This document shows, in pieces, positions 38,740 to 52,555 of a stretch of DNA of 64,000 nt. The stretch's first letter is position 1. Each line of letters starts with the position of its first letter. This stretch comes from Octopus vulgaris (lineage: Eukaryota). The notes under the pieces were generated by a model. It searched no databases. It saw only the letters and a program-made list of their open reading frames with translations, and was not told the origin of the DNA. The position numbers and the translations under genes are program-made. The stretch covers positions 96,534,001 through 96,598,000 of the forward strand of contig OX597821.1 in the NCBI GenBank assembly GCA_951406725.2. Direction: 5' to 3'.

Positions 38740-39384
38740 ATATATGTCTGAATGAAGGACAATAGGCTTACTCGACCGGGACTGACTTTGGGTTAAACAA
38801 CAACAATGCCAATAGAAATATAAACAACAACATCGTCGAGGTTAAGAGCAGTAAAAGTGCAAGGACTGTAATAGCAGCATCAGCATCATTCAGATCGACA
38901 ACCACAGTGTGAACTGCAGTAAAAACAAACAGTATCAAGAAGATTAACTGCGATATAAGTGCAACGACAACAACAACGACAGGAACAACAACGTGATGAA
39001 CAACGTTAACAATAACAAAACTAACAGCATTTGTGAGGTTAACAGTAGTAAAAGTACAACAATAACAACAACAAAAACAACGATAACAGCAACAAAAACG
39101 ACGTCAACTCTAGTAGTACAGCAGTAGTAGTAGCAGTAGTAGTAGCAGCAGCAGCAGCAGCATCGGCAACAGTATGGGAGACAACAACATCAACAACAAT
39201 AAAATCATAAGCAAGGTCAACATCGACAAAAGTGCAAGAAAACTACAACAAATATAGTTGTCGGCAAATACAGCGGGAAATCGACTGCAGATCACGTAGA
39301 CCTTGCACTACACTAACAACAACAACAACAACATGGGGGTGGGTGGACAAGGTAACACGTGAGTTTCGATGCGGTTCTTTGATA

Positions 39385-39560
39385 TGCTAGAAACAGTAGC
39401 TACACACCCCTTCAATCATATCATATTGTACCATCTTAAAAGAAGGAATAACTGTAAATGATGTGGTCCTAAATGTTCGAATGAAAGACGGGAAGATCAC
39501 GGCTGGAATGCCTTTGATCATAGGTCTTCCGCATCAGGACTGCTCAGGGGGCAAACGAAG
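39385..39560 (+). mobile_element. Representative copy of unnamed dispersed repeat family X (~200 bp, often (CAA)n-tailed)
   Basis: ctagaaa.ag.agc...atcttaaaagaagg...aaagacgggaagatcacggctggaatgcctttgatcataggtc; related decayed copies near 2.7-3.0, 3.9-4.1, 13.5, 14.4, 31.3, 36.6, 37.6, 42.0, 45.7, 46.3, 47.1 and 48.5 kb on both strands. Confidence 0.7.
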
Positions 39561-39620
39561 AGGGTTTCATTGGAAGTTCGGTCGAATTTATCCTCTTATC
39601 ACACACTACCTTCTTATGGA

Positions 39621-41754
39621 AAGAAGGGTACCCAGAATTATATGATCTTCATACACTCTGACAGAAAATAATCAGGACTGGCACGGTCGGATCACTTTCT
39701 ACTAAAAGGGTACCTTAGAATTATATGGTCTTTAAAATACAATCTGACATAAAATAGGCGGGATTGACACAGATGGACAGCTTTATACTAGTAAAGTACC
39801 TAAAAATATATAATTTTCATACACGTCGATAGAGAATAGTCGGGACTGGCACGGCTGGATCGCTTTGTATCAGAAGGACAGCTGGAATTATATAGCTCTT
39901 ACACATGTTGATAGAGAATAGTCAAGATTGGCACGGCTGGATCGCCTTGTACCAGAAGGACAGCTGGAATTATATAGCTTTTATACATGTTTGTAGAGAA
40001 TAGTCGGGACTGGCACGGCTGGATCGCTTTGTGCCAAAAGGACAGCTGGAATTATATAGCTTTTATACATGCTTGTAGAGAATAGTCGGGACTGACACGG
40101 CTGGATCCTTTTGTACCAGAAGGACAGCTGGAATTATATAGCTTTTATACATATTTGTAGAGAATAGTCGGGACTGGCACAGTTGGATCGCTTTGTACCA
40201 GAAGGACAGCTGGAATTATATAGCTTTATACATGTTGATAAAGAATAGTCAGGATTGGTACGGTTGGACCGCTTTATTATCAGAAGGGCAGCTGGAATTA
40301 TATAGCTTTTATACATGTTGATAGAGAATAGTCATGATTGGCACGGCTGGATCGCTTTGTACCAGAAGGACAGCTGGAATTATATAGCTTTTATACATGT
40401 TGATAGAGAATAGTCAGGATTGGCACGGCAGGATCGCTTTGTGCCAGAAGGACAGCTGGAATTATATAGCTTTTATACATGTTGATAGAGAATAGTCAGG
40501 ATTGGCACGGCTGGATCGCTTTGTACCAGAAGGACAGCTGGAATTATATAGCTCTTACACATGTTGATAGAGAATAGTCAAGATTGGCACGGCTGGATCG
40601 CTTTGTACCAGAAGGACAGCTGGAATTATATAGCTTTTATACATATTGATAGAAAATAGTAAGGATTGGCACGGCTGGACCGCTTTGTACCAGAAGGACA
40701 GCTGGAATTATATAGCTCTTACACATGTTGATAGAGAATAGTCAGGATTGGCACGGCTGGACCGCTTTGTACCAGAAGGACAGCTGGAATTATATAGCTT
40801 TTATACATGTTGATAGAGAATAGTCAAGATTGGCACGGCTGGATCGCTTTGTACCAGAAGGACAGCTGGAATTATATAGCTTTTATACATGTTGATAGAG
40901 AATAGTCAGGATTGGCACGGCTGGATCGCTTTGTGCCAGAAGGACAGCTGGAATTATATAGCTTTTATACATGTTGATAGAGAATAGTCAAGATTGGCAC
41001 GGCTGGATCGCTTTGTACCAGAAGGACAGCTGGAATTATATAGCTTTTATACATGTTGATAGAGAATAGTCAAGATTGGCACGGCTGGATCGCTTTGTAC
41101 CAGAAGGACAGCTGGAATTATATAGCTTTTATACATGTTGATAGAGAATAGTCAGGATTGGCACGGCTGGACCGCTTTGTACCAGAAGGACAGCTGGAAT
41201 TATATAGCTCTTACACATGTTGATAGAGAATAGTGAGGATTGGCACGGCTGGACTGCTTTGTACCAGAAGGACAGCTGGAATTATATAGCTTTTATACAT
41301 GTTGATAGAGAATAGTCAGGATTGGCACGGCTGGATCGCTTTGTGACAGAAGAACAGCTGGAATTATATAGCTTTTATACATGTTTGTAGAGAATTGTCA
41401 GGATTGGCACGTTTGGATCGCTTTATATTAGGAGGGCAGATGGAATTGTATTGTCTTTATACACTATGATTGAGAATAGCAGAGATTGGCAGGGCTGGAT
41501 CGCTTTGCACCGGAAGGGTACCTAGAATTATATAGTCTTTATACACGCTGATAGAAAATAGTCAGGACAGGCATGCTGAATCGCTTAGTACCAGAAAGGT
41601 ACCTAAAATTATATAGTCTGTGTACACTTTGACAGAGAATAATGGGCATTGGCACGGCAGAATCGCTTTGTACTAGAAGGGTACCTAGAATTATGTGGTC
41701 GTTATACACTCGTTCAGAGAACGGTCGGGATTGACACGGCTGGATCACTTTGTG
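39621..41754. repeat. Tandem array of ~26 copies of an 82-bp unit
   Basis: Unit cagaaggacagctggaattatatagcttttatacatgttgatagagaatagtcaggattggcacggctggatcgctttgtac; period 82 (e.g. 39871, 39953); homogeneous centre, diverged edge units. Confidence 0.97.
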
Positions 41755-42199
41755 CCGTAAGTCGCTTCCATCAGGGCTGATCGAGGGCTAAATAACCACA
41801 ATTATAACAGGATATAAACCCACAGAATAGTAGCGACAACAACAGTAGCATTGTGGTTACAATCTGCAGTTGTATCGCTATCTGCTACAGTCTACCACCA
41901 GCGACAATCAAGTGCAACGGCAATATCGTGACAAAACATCACCCCCGCACGACAACCAACACTGCCGTCCCCACTACTACTACACGAAGAAGCACCTACG
42001 TGGTTCCTCGACCCTCTAGAAGTAGCATGAAATTACCCTCAACTCGGACTCTGATATGTTAAGCCGAAAGGATTTTGGATAATGTAATCCTGGGGTTCTT
42101 AGACATGAAGAAAAGATGGGACCGTCACGAGTCGAGTGTCTAAAATGATACCTCTGCTCTGTGAAGGCTGATCCGGGCTAAGAATACAGCAATATGATA

Positions 42200-42800
42200 A
42201 CAAAGCACCACTTTACTACCACACTAAGATCACCACCACTACAACCACCACCACAATCCCCGCCACCACCAATACCACCATCATCACCATCATCACCACC
42301 ATCACCACCACCACCACAACCACCACCATCATCACCACCATCACCACCACCACAACCATCACCACCATCACCACCACCACCACAGCCACCATAACCATCA
42401 ACACCACCACAACTACCATCACCACCATCACCACCACCACGACCACCAACACTACCACAACCACAACCACCACCACTACCACCATCAACACCACCACCAT
42501 CACAACCACTACTATCACCGTCACTACCCTCATTACCATCACAGCCATCACCATCACCATCGATACCATCACTACCCTCTCCATCCCTACGACTTCCATA
42601 CTACCAACACCGTCATCACCACCATCATCCCCATCAAAACGACAACGACCACCACCACCAGCACCACCGCTACAATCATTATCATTACCATCACCATCAC
42701 TACCATCGCCAACACTACCATCACCGCTACTACATATACCGCCACAGCCATCACCACCGTAACCACACAGACCAATAGCGGCACCTCCACATCCAAATCA
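42200..42800. repeat. Degenerate (ACC/ATC)n low-complexity tract
   Basis: Direct inspection. Confidence 0.9.
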
Positions 42801-42829
42801 GCATATTAGTACACGTAGTAAATTAGCAT

Positions 42830-44640
42830 ACCAGCAGTAAGAGTAGTAGCCATATTAGTAACAGCAACAGCAGCAGCAGCAGCATCTAGAATAAAATTTG
42901 ACAACTACGACCGAGACATCGCCGATAGCAATTACTTCTTTACCCGTCAGGCATAACTACAGCAGTAGCAACAGCAACCATACCAGTGACATAACAACAG
43001 CAAAGTCATCATTAATATCAATGAAATTAGCAACCGTCGTAAGAGCAGCAACAATACTAACGTCTATAACAGTTGCAACAACAGGAATAACACCAACAAC
43101 AGCATTATTATGTCAGCGATAGCAACAGCAGTGATGTTAGCAACAACCGACGACAGTAACATGGAAACCAGGAGTAATAGCAGCAACAGCAGCAGCAGCA
43201 ATGGTAACACTAGCAATCGTAGTGAAAACAGATGCTAATATTAGCAACAGGAGCAATAACAATAACGCCAGTAACACCAGTAATCTTCGCAGCAAAAGCA
43301 ATGTTAGCAACAGCAGTAATGCTTGCAGCAGTAGTAATACTAACAGCAATAACAACAACAATAGCAACAACAGCAACATCAGCAAGCGCAGTAATATTAG
43401 CATCAGTAATAGCATCAAAAAGCCAGCAAAAGCAATGATATTAGCAACAACAGTTACTAACTCAGTGACAGTAGTAATGATAGCAACAAGAGTAACAGGA
43501 GTAAACACCAAAAATAGCAGAAAGAACAAAAACAGAAACTGTTGTAGTAATATTGATAACAACTGCAGCAGTAATGATCGTAACAACAGTAATGTTCGCA
43601 ACAGCATTGATGTTAGCAACAGCTGTTGTATTATCAACGGCAGTGATGTTCGCAGTAGTAGTAATACTCACAATAGTAAGAGCGGTAATATTAGAGTTAG
43701 CAACAACAGTAATAATATTAGTAATAGTATTAATAGCAACAACCATAAAACCGCTAGCAATAGCAATGGTACTAATACCAAGACCAAAAGTAGTTCAGTA
43801 ACAGCAGTATCAACGGCAAAAATATTAACGCAACAGGAGAAACAGCAATGCAAGTAACAGTGGTAATATTAGCAACAACAGCGGCAATAACAATAATGAT
43901 TGCAACAGCAGTAGTTATAGTAGCAACAGCAACAACAGTGACACCTAAAATAACAGTAAAATCAAAAGCAACAGTAACGCCAGCAGCAGCGGGAAAATCC
44001 TCAATAGCAGTAATGCTAGAAATAGCAGTAATATTAGCAACAACAGCAACAAGATGGCCAATTAAATTAGCAATATTGGTTTCAAATATTTGGCACAAGA
44101 TCAGCAATTTTAGAGAAGGAGTTAGTCGATTACATCGACCCCAGTTTTCGACTGTTATTTATTCTATCGATTCTGAAGTGATAAAAGGCATAGTCGACCT
44201 AGGTGGAATTTGAACTCAGAACGTAAAGACGGATGCAATGTTGCTAAGCGTGCTAACGTTTCTGCCAGCTCGCCGCTTTGGCAACTGCAGTAATATTGAC
44301 AACAACAATATATAAGCAAAGTAGTAATATTAGCATTGATAGCAACAATAGCAACAACAGTAATGCCAGCTGCAGTAGTAGTATTAGCAACGGCAATGAT
44401 GTTGGAAACAGCAGTAGCAACAATAGCAACATGCAGCAGTAGCAACAATAGCAACAACAGCAAAAAAAACTAGTAACGTCAGCAACAGTAGTAATACTAG
44501 CAACAGCAGGAACATTAGCAACAACAATAATTTTAGCAACAGTAATAATGTAAGCAACAGCAGTAATGCTTGTAGCAGTAGTAGCATCAGCAAAAACAAT
44601 AGCCACAACGGTAAAACTAATGACAGCCACAACAGCAGTA
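42830..44640. repeat. Cryptic trinucleotide tract (AGC/AAC/AGT/AAT) with recurring gtaatattagcaac motif, interrupted by a SINE A at 44080-44277
   Basis: Direct inspection; strong triplet periodicity and strand bias. Confidence 0.85.
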
Positions 44641-44651
44641 ATATTTTTTTT

Positions 44652-45268
44652 TCAAATTTTAGTACAAGGCCAGCAATATCAGAGGAAGGGTTAAGTCGAC
44701 TACTTCGACTCCAGTACTCAACTTGTACTTATTTTAGCAACCCCGAAAGCATAATAGGTAAAGTCGACCTCGGTGGAATTTGAAATCAAATCGCGACGAG
44801 AAGACGGGCGAAATACTGCAAAGCATTTTACCCGCCGTGTTACAGATTCTTACTTTTTTCTTGCCCACAAGGGACTAAACATAGAGGGGACAAACAAGGA
44901 CAGACAAACGGATTAAGTTGATTACATCGACCTCAGTGCGTAACTGGTACTTATTTAATCGACTCCGAAAGGATGAAAGGCTAAGTCGACCTCGGCGGAA
45001 TTTGAACTCAGAACGTAGCGGCAGACAAAATACCTATTTCTTTACTACCCACAAGGGGCTAAACACAGAGAGGACAAACAAGGACAGACAAAGGGATTAA
45101 GTCGATTACATCGACCTCAGTGCGTAACTTGTACTTAATTTATCGATCCCGAAAGGATGAAAGGCAAAGTCGACCTCGGCGGAATTCGAACTCAGAACGT
45201 AACGGCAGATGAAATACTGCTAACCATTTCGCCCGGCGTGCTAACGTTTCTGCCAGCTCGCCGCCTTA
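44652..45268 (-). mobile_element. Head-to-tail trimer of SINE family A
   Basis: Three aagtcgacctcgg.ggaatt.gaa cores; same linker as in 33200-33977. Confidence 0.88.
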
Positions 45269-46364
45269 GCAACAGCAGTAATGCTTGCTAGGAACTGTAA
45301 TGTTAGTGTACCAGCAACAATAGCAACATCGATAAAAACAGTATCGCTAGCAAAAGCAACAACAGCAGCAACAATAACGCCAGCAACAGTTGTAATATTA
45401 GCCACAGCAGCAACAACAGCAATACCCAACACAAGAGTAACGTCAGCAACATCAGCACATCAGCAACATCAGCAAGAACAGTAATGACAGCAGCACTACG
45501 AGTGAACAACCGCAACAGAACAAGCAGCAGTAATATGTTATGTCTGCAATAACATTAAATCAGAGCCTCTGCAGCGGTAATGACAATATCAAGTGTCTGC
45601 AGCAGCAGCAGCACGAACTGCACACAATACACTAAATGCGACAGCAGCAACAGGAGGTCGACTTATCGACCTGCTAGAAATAGCCGCTAAATCACCTTCA
45701 GGTCACAATCTACCGATAGCATATTCGATAACTTCGTTCTAGAAACTATGAAAAACTGAATATCGGGTTGGTTGTGTTTGGAATGTATCTGGTCATTGGC
45801 CCCTGCCTCCCCCGCGGAATAGGAATGAACTGGAGTGAAACGGCATTGACAACAGCTCGATAGCAACACACTAAAGCAACACCAGTAACAGTGCATCACC
45901 ATCACCACCACAACAACAACAACAGCAACAACTCACTGCACGGCAAGACATGAGTAACGTAACACAATAGCAACAGAAATGTGCCGCAAGACATCACAAT
46001 GGAATAGTCGCTTGCCACAAGCACCACAATATTTTAGCAACAATATTTACACAAGAACAGTGTACAACAATTGTGACACATCGCAACACAACAGTAGCGA
46101 CAAATCGTCACAGACACAACATACGGCAAGGAAGCAACACATCGCAACACAGCAATGCTAACGTATCGTCACAGACACAACATACGACAACGACAACAGC
46201 AACGCGAGGCAACGCAAAATTAGCAACGCATCACCACAACAACAGTGTCACACAACATAACAACACGTCACACCATAACAGCAACAAAACGACAAACATG
46301 CCACAACAAATTCCTCGCTTTATTGGGTAAAAATAGCAGGCAATCTCACTTAAATCACATCTTG

Positions 46365-46615
46365 TTTGTTCCTTCTCGAGCCAGGTCTGGCTCATAAGGG
46401 CCGGTTTCCCGGTTTCCTTGGCGTATAGGTTCCCCACCTGGACGGAACGCCGGTTCGTCGCAGGTGAGCTGTAAGATGCAGGAGGAAAGAGTGAAAGAAA
46501 ATTGTGGCGAAATGTGTTTCGCTCATAAACACACACATCGCTTGGTCTGAGATTCGAACCCACGATTCCTCGACCGCGAGTCCGCTGCTTTAACCACTAG
46601 GCCATGTGCCTCCAC
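46365..46615 (-). mobile_element. tRNA-headed SINE family D, tail variant 1, with 14-bp TSD
   Basis: Head gtggaggcacatggcctagtggttaaagcagcggactcgcggtcg; TSD taaatcacatcttg at 46351-46364 and 46616-46629. Confidence 0.88.
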
Positions 46616-46726
46616 TAAATCACATCTTGGTAGGTTAAAAAACAAACGGAAAAAAGCATTGGCTAATATAGTTCTAGATACAGTCCCTAAAATCAAGATG
46701 GACAGGGCACGATAGGAAGCGTATAT

Positions 46727-47033
46727 CACGTGATCACGTGACCGACCAGACCATCAGATGTTGTTACACATCGCTGGTCACAATGCGTTCGCATTGTTTT
46801 AGCCTTCGAATGACGCCACTCCGCTGGCTAAGTGAGCAGGCCAATTGAAGAAAGAGTGAGAGAAAGAGTGGTGAAGGAGTACAGCAGGGATCACCATCCC
46901 CTGCCAGAGCCTCGTAGAGCTTTTAGGTGTATTCGCTCAATAAACACACACACAACGCCCGGTCTGGGAATCGAAACCGCGATCCTGCGACCGCAAGTCC
47001 GCTGCCCTAACCACTAGGCCATTGCGCCTCCAC
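46727..47033 (-). mobile_element. tRNA-headed SINE family D, tail variant 2, with 13-bp TSD
   Basis: Head gtggaggcgcaatggcctagtggttagggcagcggac; TSD aggaagcgtatat at 46714-46726 and 47034-47046. Confidence 0.9.
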
Positions 47034-49399
47034 AGGAAGCGTATATGAACAGCAACAACAACAACCAAAACAATTATAACTATATTGAAAACTAGGTAAC
47101 CCCTACGCGGTCAGCCAATCTGCTAGAAAAACAGCCAATTCTTAAACAAATCACACCCTACAGTTTCACACTCGCTAACAACAACAAAAGTCACGGTTTC
47201 AATGTCATTGATCATATATTTGCCTCCTAGATCAGTGTGTACATGTAATTAAATGACAACAACAACGACAATAATAACTACATAGTTGTTTTTAACATAG
47301 GCACAAAACCTGAAATTTGAAAGAGAAGAATTTTCGAGTATAACTATTCCAGTGCTAGACTAGTACTTTATTTTATCGAACTTTGACAACTTTAACTTTA
47401 ACAGGACTTGAACTCAGAACGTATAGAGCCGGGACAAATACCGTAAGGCATTTTCTCCATCGCCTTAAGATTATATAACATATGTCCGTTACTTTTACTA
47501 TTTGACTTTATAGACCAGATCCATTCCAATACTGCATAGTCGGTATTGACCAAATATTCCAACATGCAGATGTTTTTGGAGTAAGCTATCTTGCTTATTA
47601 GTTTTAGAATCTTAAATACCACTGAAGGTGTCTGTTTTCTACTAACTGATTAATTAATCTCAGTTGTTTTCAAGTTTTTCAAGTTCTTATATCATATGAG
47701 AGCCTGCTAATCCACCACCCTCTGAATAACTATGGATGAAGACCAGATTATGTCCGTTGATTTCCCCCATTGTCTTTTAAGACCCAATCCACAAAAATAT
47801 GCATTTTCTTTGTTGTCCAAACATTTCCGTCCACTAACTTTATCTAATGAATTATCACTTTTAGTATCTCCTTAGAATAAGAATTTTTTCCACTATTTTC
47901 TTTGATAATCTCATTTGATCAAAATCTCTGAACTCATATATACGTACAATATACGTATCTGTACGAGAAAGAAAGCTGTTCTCATTTATTTTTCCGACAG
48001 CCACAAAGTTACTATTCATAATTAGCGACAGTACCTTCCAGTTTTTTCTGAATATAATGATAATTCTTAATATTACCAACTGAGTTGAATATAAATGTGG
48101 TTCTTCAGAGGCGTCTAACAGAACCAGCAACACGTTCAGTACATCTATCATTTGATTTAAAAACCAAATCTAATCCAATTTGCATTGCTTGTATTGTCTA
48201 AACATCATAGCGTTCTTGCTGGGTTTTTTTAGTTTATAAACAACTCAACTGGGAGTATTCGTCTGCTAATTGTTTGGATATTAGCTGTCGATCGAAGATT
48301 TTCGACTCAGTGTATTAAATATGTGAAGCACTATCATAATTTGTATCTATTATCTTTCTCTGAAGTATTTCATTTCAGCCATATTGTTGCTGTGACAGTA
48401 TGACTGAAATTTATTGTTTTCTGTGAATTTGCTATTTTCAATGGTGTAAAGCAGCCCTACTACTTTTGAAGCTGCTGTTATTGATGGTAATTGTTTTGGT
48501 ATTGGAATTTTTGTTTACTCCTAGGTAAGCCTTAATTGAACAGACCTATGATCAGCTTATCCAACCACGTAAAGAACCCTAAATCAAACCAATGTGTCTT
48601 TTCTCAGACGGTGGGTTATAATTTTCCAGCAAGATTTAGCAGCTATTTCCAGCAGAGCAAGATACACAGCAAAAGTTTACTTATTGACTCGAATTGTGAT
48701 GGTGTTAATGGTCGATGAAGCTAGGTCCAGAGGTTTATATTTCTCAACCAGTGAGAAATAACAGTCCAAACATCATCAAATCACGCTCTAAAAAAAAGAC
48801 AGACATACACATAAGTATGTATATGTCTCTATGCATGTATGCATGTAGGTATATATGAATGGGTGGGCGTGCGTGCGTGCGTGTTTTTTGGGATGCAAAT
48901 ACTACTTCTTGGAAACAGCGAAAAAACTTTGAGTATTGCTTTCGAAAGAGTAAGCTTCCCGTTGTCTGTACTCCGAAGCACATATGCGCGCACACATATA
49001 TGTATGTATGTATCTATCTATCTAGCTATCTGTTGCTCAACCGTCGTTATTTCACCTGTCTTCACAGTAGATGTAGTACACCAATCACAGACAAAAGACG
49101 CAGCACATGAAAGCTGGATTGAAAACTTTTAAAATGACCTGAACAATTCAAACAAATTAAATGAGGAATCTATTGACAATCCGTACAGCTCTTGATGAAT
49201 TTTCCTGCTACTTTGAAACCAATGAAGCTTTAATGTCACTGTCTTCACTAAAATGCTAAGTGCAGGTTCAACTTCTGCTGCAATATATATATATTTATAT
49301 TGAAGAAACACTTTCTGAAAAACTAACTCATCTAAATAAATGGTCAGGGATGGAACGCTTTTGATTATAGGGTTACTCAGGTAGTGCTGTAGAGGTCCA

Positions 49400-49715
49400 A
49401 ACAACCCCACCACCACCGCTACTACCACCACCACTACCACCACTACCACCACCACCACCACCACCACCACCACCACCACCACCACCACCACTACCACCAC
49501 CTACTACACTACTACCACCACCACTACCACCACCACCACCACTACCACCACTACCACCACCACTACCACCACTACCACCACCACTACCACCACCACTACC
49601 ACCACCACTACCACCACTACCACCACCACCACCACCACCACCATCACTACCACCACCACCACCACCACCACCACCACCACCTACTACAACTACTACTTCA
49701 GCAACAACAGCAACA
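49400..49715. repeat. (ACC/ACT)n microsatellite
   Basis: Direct inspection. Confidence 0.95.
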
Positions 49716-49717
49716 GC

Positions 49718-51310
49718 AGTTGATCTCACGAAGGTTTTCAAAACAGTATGTGATAGTAGTTTGTTGAGCATATTTGCTTGATATAGTTGTCCACCCATGT
49801 TCGTGCATATTGTGCACTATTTTCATGATGATGTGCTGGCTAGTGTTAGGAACAATTGAAACACATCTGTACCATCTTATGTCACCAATGGTGTGAAACA
49901 GGGGTGTGTCAGCGTCAAGTTGCAAAGTGTCTTCGGGGAACTTCCAACTTGTAATATGAAGGCAATTTTTTTTTATCTTCGCAGATTGCAAGCAAAATCC
50001 AAAGTCAGTCACCTAAATAATTGTGAATTGCAGGCGATTGTAGCATGTTTGAACCAGATGAGTCTATCATGTATATCTGTCAATTCTCAACGACCTGTAA
50101 CAATTTTGGTTTCACTACCAGCACTGGAAAGACAGAAGTTCTGTATTAACATGTCCCAGGCTTGGAGTACCTCTTTGAGTAACTGTAAATGGAACTTAAC
50201 TGGAAATGCGGAAAAGTTTTAATATCTTAGAAGTACATTGACTTTAGATATCTGCATCGATGCAAAAGTTTCATTACGTACTCGCATGGAGAGTGTAGGT
50301 TTTGGAAAACTATGGCATAAAGCGTGATACAAGCCAGGTGTTCACTTTGATGCAAAAATTAATGTTTACGAGGCCATCACCCTCCCGATTGTCCTCTATG
50401 ATGCTATTAGTTCCATGCAAAAACAGCTTAATGATTTGTATATGGAGTTCCTTAAGGAAGAGTCTGTGCATACAGTGGAAGGATAAAGTTCCTAAAATAG
50501 ATATTTTCAGGCTTGTAATTAGTTCCAGTCTGTTTCTTACTCACAAGAAAATCCAACTGCTTTGGAGTGTACATATCGAAATGCCTGACTGTAGTAGGAA
50601 GCACTCCGTCGGTTACGACGACGAGGGTTCCGGTTGATCCGAATCAACGGAACAGCCTGCTCGTGAAATTAACGTGTAAGTGGCTGAGCACTCCACAGAC
50701 ACGTGTACCCTTAACGTAGTTCTCGGGGATATTCAGCGTGACACAGAGAGTGACAAGGCCGGCCCTTTGGAATACAGGTACAACAGAAACAGGAAGTAAG
50801 AGTGAGAGAAAGTTGTGGTGAAAGAGTACAGTAGGGATCACCACCATCCCCTGCCGGAGCCTCGTGGAGCTTTAGGTGTTTTCGCTCAATAAACACTCAC
50901 AAGCGTCCGGTCTGGGAATCGAAACCGCGATCCTATGACCGCGAGTCCGCTGCCCTAACCACTGGGCCATTGCGCCTCCACGCCTGACTGTAGACTACCA
51001 AAGACGATGTTACATTCAGAGCTTGTAAATGAAGAACGTAAAAAATTCAAAAGTGCACTGGGAACAACCTTGAAATATTGCATGATCAATCCAGATTCAG
51101 AGAAGGTTATTGTTTAAGGTAGGTCTGTATGTAAGGAGGTAAGCATCAGGTTTTCAAAGGCTTTCGCACCTTTTCGAAACTCAGAATTGTAGAGGTAAGA
51201 AAGGGAAGAATATTGACACTCTAACAACTCCAGTTTAAGTGAACAACAGTAGGAGGTCTGTGATAAATATCTATCCACAAGAATAAGCCTTCTTAGTCGC
51301 AGGAAGAAAT
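49718..51310 (+). pseudogene. Highly decayed RTE-clade LINE
   Basis: Scattered plus-strand motifs VDLTKVF, CPPMFVHIVHYFHDD, VTNGVKQGCV, LRKSLCIQWKDKVP and MPDC/RLPKTMLHSEL (split by a SINE), colinear with the RTE at 59.5-61.35 kb. Confidence 0.75.
50595..50981 (-). mobile_element. tRNA-headed SINE family D, tail variant 3, young copy with perfect 12-bp TSD, nested in the RTE fossil
   Basis: TSD gcctgactgtag at 50583-50594 and 50982-50993; near-identical to 56242-56630. Confidence 0.93.
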
Positions 51311-51582
51311 ATAAATTAGTAATACACTTTTATGCTTCCTTTTTATGTCCTCGTCCTCCTCGTCCTCCTCCTCCTCCTCCTCCTCCTCATCATCATCATC
51401 ATCATCGTATACACTTAGTCATTTTAACGTCTTCAGTTGCCAGGCCATCATCAGATAAAAATGACATCTCTCAGAAAGATTTGTATATACGTATGTGCAT
51501 GTGTTTATACATGTATGTATGTATGTATGTATGTATGTATGCATGTATGTATGTATGTATGTATGCATATATATATATATAT

Positions 51583-51633
<51 letters not shown>

Positions 51634-51637
51634 TAGA

Positions 51638-51685
<48 letters not shown>

Positions 51686-51998
51686 GAAGTCAAAAGTTTG
51701 ATTTGGCAATTCGTTTCGCACCTATATAGCACTTAGGAGTGTAGGCGACTCTCTAGACTCAAATGGCTGAAGGCGCATAGCCTTTCTACAACCAAAGGAA
51801 AAATACTTAACTGTCAATTGGTTTGTAAACAAGAAACTATACAAAAACTATAAATGTTCGTGGTGCAGGGGGACGGGTTTATTCACCTTACATCGGCTCA
51901 AGGCGTGGTGATATTTGAAGGAAGTGCGGCACACCTATTCAATGAACAGGAAGTTCCAAGTTGTTGTAGGAAACTTTTTTAGTGCGAGGAATTTATTT

Positions 51999-52002
<4 letters not shown>

Positions 52003-52092
<90 letters not shown>

Positions 52093-52106
52093 GTATATAT
52101 ATATAT

Positions 52107-52162
<56 letters not shown>

Positions 52163-52217
52163 GTCTGTATATATATATGTATATGTATATATATATATGT
52201 ATATGTATATATATATG

Positions 52218-52271
<54 letters not shown>

Positions 52272-52297
52272 ATATAAATATATTATATATATGTATA

Positions 52298-52338
<41 letters not shown>

Positions 52339-52357
52339 TTATATGAATATGTATATA

Positions 52358-52392
<35 letters not shown>

Positions 52393-52399
52393 TCATATA

Positions 52400-52433
<34 letters not shown>

Positions 52434-52443
52434 CATATATATA
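52003..52443. repeat. Long (TA)n-derived microsatellite
   Basis: Direct inspection. Confidence 0.97.
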
Positions 52444-52516
52444 CATGTTAGATTCTTCCAGAACCATTCGTTCTTTTATCTCTTCCATACTTTGGCTTGC
52501 CATAATTTTCCGTAGA

Positions 52517-52555
<39 letters not shown>

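Noticed and set aside
39621-41754. CRISPR-like array
   Set aside because: Units are contiguous near-identical 82-mers with no unique spacers, there are no cas genes, and the context is eukaryotic; in-frame stops and a period not divisible by 3 also exclude a coding repeat
42194-45515. Extensin-, mucin- or Asn/Ser-rich ORFs
   Set aside because: Degenerate triplet repeats give overlapping ORFs on both strands; the tract is interrupted by SINEs and shows no splice or domain evidence
47500-48480. Decayed CR1/L2-like LINE on the minus strand
   Set aside because: Only faint motif echoes; too degraded to support without a profile search
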